Part shown: one piece after another, positions 9,350-19,463 of the stretch | Numbering within the stretch: the stretch's first letter is position 1 | Layout of the letters: each line of letters opens with the position of its first letter | Assembly (NCBI GenBank): GCA_964444755.1 | Contig: CAYUIF010000016.1 | Span: forward strand, 5,902 to 69,901 | From: an uncultured Alphaproteobacteria bacterium | GTDB taxonomy: Bacteria > Electryoneota > RPQS01 | Reading direction: 5' to 3' | Length of the DNA: 64,000 nt | Program-made: the position numbers and the translations under genes | The notes under the pieces: generated by a model | Told to the model about the DNA's origin: nothing | Database searches by the model: none | Seen by the model: the letters and a program-made list of their open reading frames with translations, nothing else

Positions 9350-10792
9350 CTACTTCACCGCTCGCGCCGGTCCCAAAAAAATCGTCGGCGCGCGGCTTAA
9401 CAACGTATCGCCCGTCATCAGTCGAAAAGTGATCGGCGTTTCTGACCCGGCTACTTGCTCACGCGGCAGCAGCACGAAGACTTCGGTACTCAAGCGCTGC
9501 CCCGCAGCAATCGTAAACGGGTCACCGGGAACGATCGTCTGCAATCCCGCCGGACCATCGGCTTCCACATGTACGTTCAACGGTCGAACGTCAGTGTTCG
9601 TGATATGCACGGTAAATAGGTTTCGCACCTTGCCGTCATCTTGTACCATAAACGGAATTCCCGCCGAGCGGGTAATGGTCAGCCCGACCGCTTCACGGCT
9701 CAACAGGCGGCTGCTGAACACCCCCAGCACGACGATCATGACCAGCGAATACAACACCACGCGGCGGCGGATGATTTTTTGCGGTCGGCCCGCCAGTCCT
9801 GCCAGCGAATCGTAGCGAATCAGACCGCGCGGCCGTTCAATGCGATCCATCACCGCATCGCACGCGTCAATACACGCCGTGCAGCTCACGCATTCAAGCT
9901 GCAAGCCGTTGCGAATGTCAATGCCGGTGGGGCAGACCTGCACGCAGCGCTTGCAGTCAATACAGTCCCCGCGATTATCCCACGAGTGATCGGGCCGTAA
10001 CGGACTGCGCGGCTCACCGCGTTGCGGATCGTAGCCTACGATCAGCGAATGATCGTCCAGCATCACCGATTGAAAGCGCGCATAGGGACAAAGAAACGTG
10101 CAGAATTGCTCGCGGAACCATGCGAAGTTCCACAAGGTTATTCCCGTCACCACCAGCGTTGTCACCATCGCCGCCGGATGCGATGCGCCGCCGCTGCGCA
10201 GCATCTCCAGCACGCCCTGCGGCGAAATGAAATAGGCTACGAAGCTCAGCGATAACAATGCCGAGACGATAAAAAACGCCGCAATCTTGACGGTCTTCTT
10301 GCTCCAGTAGGCGCCATCACGCGGTCCGCTATCCAGTTTGCGGCGTTTCAGGGGCGAACCTTCGATCCACCGCTCGATCCGTCGAAACACGCCTTCCAGA
10401 TATACGGTTTGCGGACATGCCCACCCGCACCACAGCCGTCCCAGCAGCGCCGAGAACAGAAACATCGCCACGGCCGCCAGCAATAGGAATAATGCCAGCA
10501 GATATAAATCGGTGGCTACGAAGGTCGTTCCGAAAATGCTGAACCGCCGGGCCGGTAAGTCGAAGCGCAAGAACGGTTCGCTGCCGATTTTCAGCCACGG
10601 GGCAACGATATAAAACACGATCAACACCGAATAGACGATATTGCGCGCTTGCGCAAACCGTCCGGCGGCAATATCCGCATACACCCACTTCCGCCGTCCG
10701 CCTTCACCCAAGGTTGTATTGCGGGAGGGCGGAGCGGACACCGGCAGTATGTTCAATTCGGTTGCCGAAGCCGTGTCCTGTTGCTCGTTCAT
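9350..10792 (-). CDS. ccoG: cbb3 oxidase assembly ferredoxin CcoG/FixG
   Basis: 480 aa with TM helices and two 4Fe-4S motifs (CIDCKRCVQVCP, CVSCTACIDAC). Confidence 0.85.
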   Translation of the reverse strand: MNEQQDTASATELNILPVSAPPSRNTTLGEGGRRKWVYADIAAGRFAQARNIVYSVLIVFYIVAPWLKIGSEPFLRFDLPARRFSIFGTTFVATDLYLLALFLLLAAVAMFLFSALLGRLWCGWACPQTVYLEGVFRRIERWIEGSPLKRRKLDSGPRDGAYWSKKTVKIAAFFIVSALLSLSFVAYFISPQGVLEMLRSGGASHPAAMVTTLVVTGITLWNFAWFREQFCTFLCPYARFQSVMLDDHSLIVGYDPQRGEPRSPLRPDHSWDNRGDCIDCKRCVQVCPTGIDIRNGLQLECVSCTACIDACDAVMDRIERPRGLIRYDSLAGLAGRPQKIIRRRVVLYSLVMIVVLGVFSSRLLSREAVGLTITRSAGIPFMVQDDGKVRNLFTVHITNTDVRPLNVHVEADGPAGLQTIVPGDPFTIAAGQRLSTEVFVLLPREQVAGSETPITFRLMTGDTLLSRAPTIFLGPARAVK

Positions 10793-11430
10793 TGATCGGC
10801 TGTCGCGGCGGCGGTGGAATCAGCGGCAGTTTCTGATGCTGCCGGTTGGCGATACGCGGCCATGTCGTATTTTTCGCCTTCTGCTTTTTTACCGGCTACG
10901 CCTTCGGGCAGCGGCTCTTCCCACATCGTCATGACATACGCGGTTAGACTCTTGATCTTGCGTTCGCCGAGAATCGGACCCCATGTGGGCATGCCCTTGG
11001 CGGCGACGCCGTTGGTGATTACGGCCGCGATATTGGCTTCGGCCGGGCCGTGAATCCAGAACGCATCGTGCAGATTCGGGCCGATGCCGCCTTCGCCGTA
11101 CGTGCCGTGACAAGACACGCAAAACGTCTTGAAATATTTCTGTCCGGCGGCAATCGGATTTTTGTCCAATTCGCCGGAGGCTTCCAATTCCAGTTCACGC
11201 TGTTCCTGAATCCGCGCCGCGTAGGCGATGGACTGATTCAACTCGTTGTGCGGCAGGAAGTCGAAAATATGCACCACCGGAACGTACACTATGGCGAACA
11301 GAATCGCCAGATACAGCATCCCCAGCCACCATTTAGGAAGCGGATTGTCTTCCTCGCGGATGCCGTCGTAATCATGATCGAGCATGGAAAACTCGACCGG
11401 GTCGTTGTCGTGTTTCTGAGTTTCGGTCAT
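10789..11430 (-). CDS. ccoP: cbb3-type cytochrome c oxidase subunit CcoP (monoheme variant)
   Basis: N-terminal PKWWLGMLY membrane anchor motif characteristic of CcoP, single CVSCH heme site. Confidence 0.7.
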   Translation of the reverse strand: MTETQKHDNDPVEFSMLDHDYDGIREEDNPLPKWWLGMLYLAILFAIVYVPVVHIFDFLPHNELNQSIAYAARIQEQRELELEASGELDKNPIAAGQKYFKTFCVSCHGTYGEGGIGPNLHDAFWIHGPAEANIAAVITNGVAAKGMPTWGPILGERKIKSLTAYVMTMWEEPLPEGVAGKKAEGEKYDMAAYRQPAASETAADSTAAATADQ

Positions 11431-11612
11431 GAATGGGTTCCGTTGAGTTCGCGATGGTCATCGTCCAGCGGCAAGCGGCTCTCGCGTTCGAAGCGATCCC
11501 GCCGCCCGCGATACGTCCAGATAACGATCCCGACAAAAACGCTAAAGCAGAGCACCAAGCCGACAATTGCCCACAAGCTTGCGCCAAGATAAGTGATAGC
11601 GTCGTGGATCAT
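11427..11612 (-). CDS. ccoQ: CcoQ-like small membrane subunit of cbb3 oxidase
   Basis: 61 aa, single TM helix, sandwiched between ccoNO and ccoP with 4-nt overlaps. Confidence 0.5.
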   Translation of the reverse strand: MIHDAITYLGASLWAIVGLVLCFSVFVGIVIWTYRGRRDRFERESRLPLDDDHRELNGTHS

Positions 11613-13765
11613 GGTTTGCCCGCCAGATAGTTCGGCTGCGGCGTTCGGCCTAAATGCTGCAAGTAGGCAATGATGGCAACGATTTCCTTGTCCGCCGTGT
11701 CGGGAAAGCCTTCCTGCTCGAGCTGTGCGGCGATTTGCGAGGCCTGCGCTTCCAAGTTGTCGCGAGCCGCGGCGATATCCCCATCCGTATAAGGCACGTT
11801 CATCGTGCGCAGTACCCGCATCTTCTTTTCGATATCGGAGTAGTCAAGCTGGTCCGTGAGCAGCCACGGATAGGGCGGCATAATCGAACCCGGCGAGGTC
11901 GAACGCGGATTCTGGAAATGCAGATAATGCCATTGCGGCGGATATTTCGGTCCGACGCGCGCCAAATCCGGTCCGATCCGCCGCGATCCCCACAGGAACG
12001 GATGATCGTATTCGAACTCGCCGGGCTTGGAATAATCGCCGTAGCGCAGCACTTCATCGCGCATCGGCCGGATCATCTGCGAATGACAGTTGTTGCAGCC
12101 TTCGCGGATATAGAGATCGCGGCCTTCCAGTTCCAGCGGCGACATCGGCGCGGCGGCGGAGGCATACATCGGCACATAACTCTTGGGCATCAGCAGCGGA
12201 CCGATTTCAACCACGCCGCCCACTCCCACCGCCATCAGCGCGAGCAAACTGAACGCCAACGGTTGACCCGTCAGCAAGTGATGCCACGGGGTGCGTGCAG
12301 TGGCCGGTTCGGGCTTCAGCGCGGCCAACGACGGCGCTTGCGCCTGCTCGTCTTCCAGATTTTTCGCCCCAGCCATGGTCTTGAACAGGTTGTAGCCCAT
12401 CAGGATCATGCCCGTTAAATAAAGCAGACCGCCCAGCAATCGCGTATGATAGAAGGGCAGAATCTTTTGCGTCGTTTCCACAAAATTCGGATAGAGCAGC
12501 AAGCCGTCCGGATCAAACGCGCGCCACATCAGTCCCTGCATGATTCCCGCGATCCAGATGGGAATGATGTAAAGCAGAATCCCCACCGTAGCGATCCAGA
12601 AATGCAGGTTCGCCATATTCCGCGAATAGAGGTCTTTCCGCCACAGGCGCGGCGCCATGTAGTAGAGAACCCCAAACACCATGAATCCGACCCAGCCCAA
12701 CGCGCCGGCATGCACGTGGGCTACAGTGTAGTCCGTATAATGGGTCAGCGAGTTCACGGCTTTGATGGACATCATCGGACCTTCGAAGGTGGACATCCCG
12801 TAGAAGGTCACCGACACCGCAAGAAACTTCAGAATCGGATCTTCCCGCAGGCGATGCCATGCGCCGCGCAAGGTCAGCAAGCCGTTGAGCATTCCGCCCC
12901 ATGACGGAGCCAGCAGGATCAGACTGAACACCATCCCCAGCGTTTGCGCCCAATCCGGCAGCGCGGTGTAATGCAGATGATGCGGTCCCGCCCAAATATA
13001 GACAAAGATCAATGCCCAGAAGTGAATCACCGATAGCCGGTAGCTGTACACCGGACGCTCCGCCGCTTTCGGCAGGTAGTAATACATCATGCCCAGGATC
13101 GGTGTGGTCAGCACAAAGCCCACCGCATTGTGCCCGTACCACCACTGGGTCATGGCATCCTGCACGCCGGCAAACACCGAATAGCTCTTCCAGAATGTCA
13201 CCGGAATCGCCAGCGAGTTCACGATGTGCAGCAGCGCGATCGTGACAATGGTGCCGATATAGAACCACAACGCCACGTATAGATGCCGCTCCCGCCGCCG
13301 GATGATCGTCATGAAGAAGTTGATTCCGAACACCACCCACACCAGCGTAATCATCACGTCCAGCGGCCACTCCAACTCTGCATACTCTTTGCTGGTCGTG
13401 AGACCCGATAGCAGCGTGATCGCCGCCAGCACGATGATGAGCTGCCAGCCCCAGAAGTGTATTTTAGAAAGCAGATCGGAGAACATCCGCGCTTTCAGCA
13501 GCCGCTGCGAGGAATAATACACCGCCGCGAAGATCGCATTGCAGGTGAAGGCGAAGATCACCGCGTTGGTATGCAGCGGCCGCAAGCGGCCGAAAGTCAG
13601 CCACGAAAGACCGCCGTTGACCTGCCAAAAGGCCAGTTCGGCGGCCACAATCACACCCACCAGCATGCCGACCACGCCCCAGATCAGGGTCGCTTGGACA
13701 AACCGGCGCACGATCTGATCGTCGTAGGCGAACGTCTCGAGCGCCGTTGGGTTGTTGGATGCCAT
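11609..13765 (-). CDS. ccoNO: Fused cbb3-type cytochrome c oxidase subunits I and II (CcoNO)
   Basis: 718 aa. N-terminal 12-TM heme-copper oxidase subunit I. C-terminal monoheme CcoO domain (CNNCHSQMIRP...GPDLARVG). This fusion is characteristic of the FCB group. Confidence 0.9.
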   Translation of the reverse strand: MASNNPTALETFAYDDQIVRRFVQATLIWGVVGMLVGVIVAAELAFWQVNGGLSWLTFGRLRPLHTNAVIFAFTCNAIFAAVYYSSQRLLKARMFSDLLSKIHFWGWQLIIVLAAITLLSGLTTSKEYAELEWPLDVMITLVWVVFGINFFMTIIRRRERHLYVALWFYIGTIVTIALLHIVNSLAIPVTFWKSYSVFAGVQDAMTQWWYGHNAVGFVLTTPILGMMYYYLPKAAERPVYSYRLSVIHFWALIFVYIWAGPHHLHYTALPDWAQTLGMVFSLILLAPSWGGMLNGLLTLRGAWHRLREDPILKFLAVSVTFYGMSTFEGPMMSIKAVNSLTHYTDYTVAHVHAGALGWVGFMVFGVLYYMAPRLWRKDLYSRNMANLHFWIATVGILLYIIPIWIAGIMQGLMWRAFDPDGLLLYPNFVETTQKILPFYHTRLLGGLLYLTGMILMGYNLFKTMAGAKNLEDEQAQAPSLAALKPEPATARTPWHHLLTGQPLAFSLLALMAVGVGGVVEIGPLLMPKSYVPMYASAAAPMSPLELEGRDLYIREGCNNCHSQMIRPMRDEVLRYGDYSKPGEFEYDHPFLWGSRRIGPDLARVGPKYPPQWHYLHFQNPRSTSPGSIMPPYPWLLTDQLDYSDIEKKMRVLRTMNVPYTDGDIAAARDNLEAQASQIAAQLEQEGFPDTADKEIVAIIAYLQHLGRTPQPNYLAGKP

Positions 13766-13767
13766 GC

Positions 13768-13974
13768 TCAGTCCTTGTCTATTTGCTTATTCGCTTTTTG
13801 CTCGGGTGAAGAAGCATCGCCGTTGGATTTCGGCGGTTGATCGTCCAATAAAATCCGGCGGGCGGGCGTATCCAGATCGTCGAATTGCCCGTGCCGCACC
13901 GCCCACAGATAAAACAGCACGAACGCCAGTACCAGCAATAGTGCCAGCGGCAATAATAGATAGATGATGTTCAT
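13768..13974 (-). CDS. ccoS: cbb3 oxidase maturation protein CcoS/FixS
   Basis: 68 aa, single TM helix. Lies between ccoI and ccoNO. Confidence 0.6.
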   Translation of the reverse strand: MNIIYLLLPLALLLVLAFVLFYLWAVRHGQFDDLDTPARRILLDDQPPKSNGDASSPEQKANKQIDKD

Positions 13975-13975
13975 C

Positions 13976-16429
13976 TTAAGCTCGCGATGCGATCAATAAT
14001 ACCGTCAGTGACGAAGCGGGCATCAGAATCGCCGCGACCAGCGGTCCGACCTGACCCGTCATTGCCAGCGTGGCGCCAATCAAATTGTATAAAAGCGCAA
14101 TGACTAAATTGATATGTATGACTTTCATGGCGCGCTTCGCCAACCGAAAACTTTCGGCAATCGCCGCCGGACCGCGCTGCAAGGAAACAAAAATATCGGC
14201 GGCATCCCGCGCCACTTCCGCCGATCCCGCCGCCGAGATTCCCACCGTGGCGCGGCTCAACGCGGCGGCATCGTTCACGCCGTCTCCCACCATCGCCACG
14301 CGCTTATCGTGCGCCAGCAATTCCTCTACGTGCGCCAGCTTGTCTTCCGGCATGACCCGCCCGCGATAATCGGCGATGCTCAGTTGCGCTGCGATTTTTT
14401 CTACCGAGTGCGGATTATCGCCGGATAGTATCTCCAGCGGCAGATTCATCGTTCGCAATTCATTAATCGCCCGGCTCGAACTGCCCCGCAAGCGGTCGCC
14501 GAGGCTGAACACCGCTACGACATGGCCGTCGCGCGCCACCCAGACCATCGTATAGCCGGACTCGGCATCTTGCGCGGCTTTACTTGCAATCGCGGGTGAA
14601 ATGGAAGTCACGCGGTCGGCGACATAACCTTCGGAACCGATGATATAGCTGTGTCCTTCAATCCGGCCTTCAATGCCTGCCCCCGGAATCACGCGGCATT
14701 CCTCGATTTCTACATCCGCAGTATTCACATCCTCGAAGGCTCCGGCGATGATATGCCCGGAATATTTTTCGAGCGCGGCTACCGCTTGCAATATCTCGTT
14801 CTTGTTTTGGCCTTGCGAAGATTCCGAGAAGTAACCGTGAACGATGGTCAGCTTGCCTTCGGTCAGCGTGCCGGTTTTATCGAGAATCACGTGATTCACC
14901 GACGCAAGCCTTTCGATGCCGTCTTGCCCGCGCACGAATATCCCCCGCCGGGCGGCCCGTCCCATCGCCACCGCTAATGCAACAGGCGTGGCCAGGCCTA
15001 ATGCGCACGGACAAGCCACCACCATCAGCGCGGTGGCATTCCACAAGGCGCGGGACGGATCAATAAACAGCCAAATGATGATCGTGGCCACGGCCAGTGT
15101 CAGCACCGCCCCCACGAAATAGCCCGCAATGCGATCCATCACTCCCACAATCGGGGCGCGCCGGGCCGATGCGTTGCGCATCATCTCGGCTAACCGCGAG
15201 AGCCGCGTGGTTTCGCCTACGGCAATGGCGGTTAATTCCAACGGCGAACGTTCCACGCTGGATCCCGAATACACTGTATCGCCAGTAACCCTTCGCACCG
15301 CGCCGGGTTCACCCGTCAAGTGGGTTTCGGCGACCCAGCCTTCCGCATTCTCCAGCACGCCGTCCACCGGAATCGTTTCACCGGGTAGCACGCGTAGCCG
15401 GTCGCCCGCTTGAATTTCGGTCAACAGCACTTCCCGCGTTTGCCCGTCTTCGATCCGCCGCACCGTACGCGGGGTAATCGCCAGCAGATTTTCTCCGGCT
15501 TCCGCCGCCCAGCGTCCCGCGCGTTGCAAAACCAACCGTCCCGACAGCAGCAGGAAGATCAGCATGGATACGCTATCGTAATACACGTGTCCATGATTAC
15601 TCAGCGTAGCCGAAAGGCTAATGGCAAAGGCGACTAAAATCCCCAGACTGATGGGCAAGTCCATATGCAGTACGCCGCGCCGCAATCCGCTCCATGCCCC
15701 GCGATAATACGGATAGGCCGAATAAAGCACCGCCGGCAGCGCCAGTCCCAGACTCACCCAGCGAAACAGTGTTGAGTACCCTTCTTCGATGCCGGTGACA
15801 TCGCCTGCGTATTGCGACACCGCCAGCAGCATGATGTTGCCTGCACTGGCGGCGGCAATTCCCAGCCGCGCCAGCAGCGATCGCGTTTCGCGGCGACGCG
15901 CGGCGGACTCGCTTTGCTCGAGAATCGGATGCGGCGTGTAGCCGATATGATCCAACGCCCGCGCCAGCGCGCTCAGCTTGACTTCGGCGGGATTAAAGAC
16001 GATCTCCACCACCGATTTGCCGATATCAAGATGGGCAAAATTAACGCGCTCACGCTCCAGCAGCACTTTCTCCACCAGCCAACTGCACGCGATGCAGTGC
16101 ACGCCGTCCAGATAGAACCGCACCAGATACCCCCCCGCGCGCGGCTCGCCCAAACGCTTCAAGTACTCGGGATCATCCAAGTATTCATATGTTTTGCCGC
16201 TCACCTTAGCGGGAGACTTTTCGTCTCCGCCGTAGGCATCGCGCAAGCGATAGTATTCCTCCAAATTGCACTCATGCAGAATCTGATACACCGCTTCGCA
16301 GCCCGCGCAGCAGAATTGCTGTTCCGCGTTCTTGGCAATGCGCGACGACGGAACCGGCAGCCCGCAATGGGTACAGAGCACCTCGGTGCGGGATTGCGCA
16401 TTCGTGGTGGATTTGGAAGGAACGGTCAC
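13976..16429 (-). CDS. ccoI: Copper-translocating P1B-type ATPase CcoI/FixI
   Basis: 817 aa, N-terminal Cys-rich metal-binding region, CPC transmembrane motif, DKTGTLT phosphorylation site, GDGVNDAAAL hinge. Confidence 0.9.
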   Translation of the reverse strand: MTVPSKSTTNAQSRTEVLCTHCGLPVPSSRIAKNAEQQFCCAGCEAVYQILHECNLEEYYRLRDAYGGDEKSPAKVSGKTYEYLDDPEYLKRLGEPRAGGYLVRFYLDGVHCIACSWLVEKVLLERERVNFAHLDIGKSVVEIVFNPAEVKLSALARALDHIGYTPHPILEQSESAARRRETRSLLARLGIAAASAGNIMLLAVSQYAGDVTGIEEGYSTLFRWVSLGLALPAVLYSAYPYYRGAWSGLRRGVLHMDLPISLGILVAFAISLSATLSNHGHVYYDSVSMLIFLLLSGRLVLQRAGRWAAEAGENLLAITPRTVRRIEDGQTREVLLTEIQAGDRLRVLPGETIPVDGVLENAEGWVAETHLTGEPGAVRRVTGDTVYSGSSVERSPLELTAIAVGETTRLSRLAEMMRNASARRAPIVGVMDRIAGYFVGAVLTLAVATIIIWLFIDPSRALWNATALMVVACPCALGLATPVALAVAMGRAARRGIFVRGQDGIERLASVNHVILDKTGTLTEGKLTIVHGYFSESSQGQNKNEILQAVAALEKYSGHIIAGAFEDVNTADVEIEECRVIPGAGIEGRIEGHSYIIGSEGYVADRVTSISPAIASKAAQDAESGYTMVWVARDGHVVAVFSLGDRLRGSSSRAINELRTMNLPLEILSGDNPHSVEKIAAQLSIADYRGRVMPEDKLAHVEELLAHDKRVAMVGDGVNDAAALSRATVGISAAGSAEVARDAADIFVSLQRGPAAIAESFRLAKRAMKVIHINLVIALLYNLIGATLAMTGQVGPLVAAILMPASSLTVLLIASRA

Positions 16430-16513
16430 GGCTTGGCGAAATTACCGATGTGAATTCCCGAACATATGAAAACATACGACAACCGGCGCTCGCTGAGTAC
16501 CGGTTACGATATT

Positions 16514-17407
16514 TCAGGATTTATTATATGCGGCGGCGAAAATCTTGGCGAAGTCTTCGAGGGACGTCAGCATCGTGTTCTCCGCCGTTTTGGGCTGCGT
16601 GTGATGGAGCCTTCCTTCGTTGGACGCGCGGCTGAGTTCGGCATAGGCTTCCGCCACCGGTCGCGGCAGTCCCATCATGGTCATTCCGTTGATTGCGTCT
16701 TCGTAAGAAAACTGCACATAGGGCAAATCGGGTTTGCCGATGGTCGTGCCCAGAACTTTGGTCACTTCCGTCATGGTCACTTCGCCGTTGGGACCGTAGA
16801 TGTCCGCGTGGGATTTTCCGCTGAAGTCCAGCGCCGACAACCGCCGCGCGGCATATAAACCGATATCGCGGGTAGCAATCATCGGCATTTTAGCATCGGG
16901 CTGCGTCGAATTCCCGATCATATTCATCATCTTGATCATCCCGATCATGCCGAACATGTTTTCCATGAAATAGCCGGGCCGCAGCGCGAGCACATTCACG
17001 CCGTCTAATCCGTTCAAGTGCTGTTCCAGATCATGCAGGCCGTTCACCGGGCCGACGCCTTCCGCTTGCTCGGCGCCGACGCTGCTCAGCGCAACGACAT
17101 ATTTCACGTTATTGGCTTTAATCGCGTTGATATAATTCTTGGCTACGCGATTCTGATAGCCGCGAAAATCAGCCGCTGCCGCCATATTGGGCGGAATCAT
17201 CGCATACACCGCCGTCGCTCCGGCAAACGCCTTCGTCATCGCGGATTCATCTTCCAATGAACCGATGAACACTTCCGCGCCCTTGTCCGCCAGCGGCTGC
17301 AGTTTCTCAACGGAGCGGCCCACGACTCGCACTTTTTTGCCTTCATTCAGCAAGGCATGGCTGGTCACTGTTCCGGTATGACCGGTTGCACCTGTGATTA
17401 CATACAT
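16514..17407 (-). CDS. NmrA-like NAD(P)H-binding atypical SDR protein
   Basis: ITGATGHTG Rossmann motif. Start reassigned to internal ATG (MYVITG) preceded by GGGGAG RBS. Longer ORF start lacks RBS. Confidence 0.65.
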   Translation of the reverse strand: MYVITGATGHTGTVTSHALLNEGKKVRVVGRSVEKLQPLADKGAEVFIGSLEDESAMTKAFAGATAVYAMIPPNMAAAADFRGYQNRVAKNYINAIKANNVKYVVALSSVGAEQAEGVGPVNGLHDLEQHLNGLDGVNVLALRPGYFMENMFGMIGMIKMMNMIGNSTQPDAKMPMIATRDIGLYAARRLSALDFSGKSHADIYGPNGEVTMTEVTKVLGTTIGKPDLPYVQFSYEDAINGMTMMGLPRPVAEAYAELSRASNEGRLHHTQPKTAENTMLTSLEDFAKIFAAAYNKS

Positions 17408-17453
17408 CGCATTACTCCCCATGCTTTTTCCGCAGTGCTTCACACATGATTTA

Positions 17454-18101
17454 TCATCCCAGTCCAAATTCCTGCCGGATCGTCTCGAATTCCGTCTCGA
17501 TCCGCGCGCGTAAAAAGTCCAACTCAATCGTAAATCCTTCGGCGGCCAGTGAGGTCACGAAATCGGAATGCGTGCGGCCGTTGCGGTAATCGGGCATGCG
17601 CGGCGGCGGTGTCAAATATCGCTCCATCGTTTCCGTACCCGCCCGCAGGTTAATCACCGCATGATAAAACACCAGATCGCGATTGCGATAAATCGCCGTG
17701 CCCGCGATCTTGCGTCCGTGCCGCGCGATATCCGACGTGCCGACGTGTTCCAAATCGCTCACTCCTAATTGCGTCAGCGCGCGGATCACCGCCGCATTGC
17801 AGCTCTTGAAATATTCCGATGAATTCCGCTGCCGTTGATGCGCCAACGCGAGCGACACCACCGCCATCTCCGGCGATAGAATCACCGCACAGCCGCCCGT
17901 GCCCCGTCGCACTACGGGAATGTTGTCTTCCCGAATCGTTTCCGCGCGCAATTCCAGCGCGGGGTCGGAACCCTTGCCGATCACCACCATCGTTTGCGGC
18001 GGTACGAACACCAAGCAGCCGCTGCCCAATTCGCCGCTGGCGAGCTGCGCGTCGGGCAAGTCATAGGGCAGAAACGGAATGGAATCGGCGATTGCGGTCA
18101 T
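17454..18101 (-). CDS. Lipoate-protein ligase/octanoyltransferase family protein (BPL/LPL catalytic domain)
   Basis: 215 aa with biotin/lipoate protein ligase-like core. Immediately downstream of lpd/E2 in same operon. Confidence 0.55.
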   Translation of the reverse strand: MTAIADSIPFLPYDLPDAQLASGELGSGCLVFVPPQTMVVIGKGSDPALELRAETIREDNIPVVRRGTGGCAVILSPEMAVVSLALAHQRQRNSSEYFKSCNAAVIRALTQLGVSDLEHVGTSDIARHGRKIAGTAIYRNRDLVFYHAVINLRAGTETMERYLTPPPRMPDYRNGRTHSDFVTSLAAEGFTIELDFLRARIETEFETIRQEFGLG

Positions 18102-18103
18102 CG

Positions 18104-19453
18104 TCAGATATGCAGCGGCTTGCCGGAAGCTTTAAAGCCCGCTTCCAAGAACGTTTCGCTGACCGTCGGATGCGCGTGCACCACCCGCGTCAGATCGTCC
18201 AGCGTCCCTTCCGTGCGCATGCACATCGAGGCTTCGGAAATTAAATCTGTCGCGCGCGCCGCCACCACGTGCACGCCCAGCACCTCGCCGTATTTCTGAT
18301 CGGCCAGAATCTTCACGAAGCCTTCCGGCGCACCTTCCACCAGCGCCTTGCTGTTCACGCTCATCGGGAACTCGCCGCTGATGTACGCGATCCCCTGTTC
18401 CTTGAGCTGCTCTTCCGTATAACCCACCGAGCCGATTTCGGGATCGAGATAGAGCGTGATCGGCATGCGCAAGTAATCCACCGGCTCTTTCAGTCCCGTC
18501 AGATGATTCACCGCGCACATTCCCTGTGCCGATGCTACGTGCGCGAAAATGCGCCCGGTCACATCGCCGATCGCGTACACCGACGGAATACTGGTTTGCA
18601 TGAATTCGTTGACGTGAATGAATCCGTTGTCCAGATCCAGCGGCACGTCGTCCAGAGGCGGCAGCACGGCGGTACGACGTTCGCAGTTGATCACCATGTC
18701 GGCTTCGATGGCTTGATCGCCCACCTGCACGGAATTCCCCTTCGCGCCCGTAAACGTCTTGCCGGTGAGGACGGTAATGCCTTGCTCTTTGAATTTGTCG
18801 GCAATGAACTTGCTCAGCGAATCGTCCAGCCAGCCCATGAGTTTACTTTCCGAAGCCACGATCGTGACCGTTTTGCCGATCAGCCGCAGCATGCTCGCCA
18901 TTTCGCAGGCTATCGTATCGCCGCCCGCCACGATGATTTTATCGGGCAGTGTCTCACGGGTATAAAAGTCGTCAATTTCCACCACCAGCTTTTCCGGCAG
19001 CGCCGCCAGCGCGCGGCGATTGGGTCGCGATCCGGTGGCGATGATCGACTTCCCAGCCTGATACACTTCGTCGCCGACCCGCACTTGCGTGCCGCCGATG
19101 AGCGTCGCTTCGCCGGTGATCACGTCCACCTTATTTTTCTTCATGAGAAATTCCACACCCTTGACCAGCTTGGTCACGATGCGGTCTTTCTCGGTCACGG
19201 ATTTCTTCCAGTTGAAGTGCAGCGCATCGCTGTCAATCCCGTCCACACCGAACACCGCGGCATTGCGGATGCGGTCGTAGAAGCGCGCACTTTCCATGAG
19301 CCGCCGCGCCGGAACGCAGCCCCAGTTCAGGCACATGCCGCCCATGCGGTGCTTTTCCACGAGGGCGGTTTTCTTGCCTAACTGCGCGGCGCGAATCGCC
19401 GCCACGTAGCCGCCCGGTCCGCCGCCGATAATAATCACGTCATAAGATTTCAT
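18104..19453 (-). CDS. lpdA: Dihydrolipoyl dehydrogenase (E3)
   Basis: IIGGGPGGYVAA FAD motif, redox-active GGMCLNWGCVP disulfide, 449 aa. Confidence 0.9.
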   Translation of the reverse strand: MKSYDVIIIGGGPGGYVAAIRAAQLGKKTALVEKHRMGGMCLNWGCVPARRLMESARFYDRIRNAAVFGVDGIDSDALHFNWKKSVTEKDRIVTKLVKGVEFLMKKNKVDVITGEATLIGGTQVRVGDEVYQAGKSIIATGSRPNRRALAALPEKLVVEIDDFYTRETLPDKIIVAGGDTIACEMASMLRLIGKTVTIVASESKLMGWLDDSLSKFIADKFKEQGITVLTGKTFTGAKGNSVQVGDQAIEADMVINCERRTAVLPPLDDVPLDLDNGFIHVNEFMQTSIPSVYAIGDVTGRIFAHVASAQGMCAVNHLTGLKEPVDYLRMPITLYLDPEIGSVGYTEEQLKEQGIAYISGEFPMSVNSKALVEGAPEGFVKILADQKYGEVLGVHVVAARATDLISEASMCMRTEGTLDDLTRVVHAHPTVSETFLEAGFKASGKPLHI

Positions 19454-19463
19454 ATTAGGTTCC

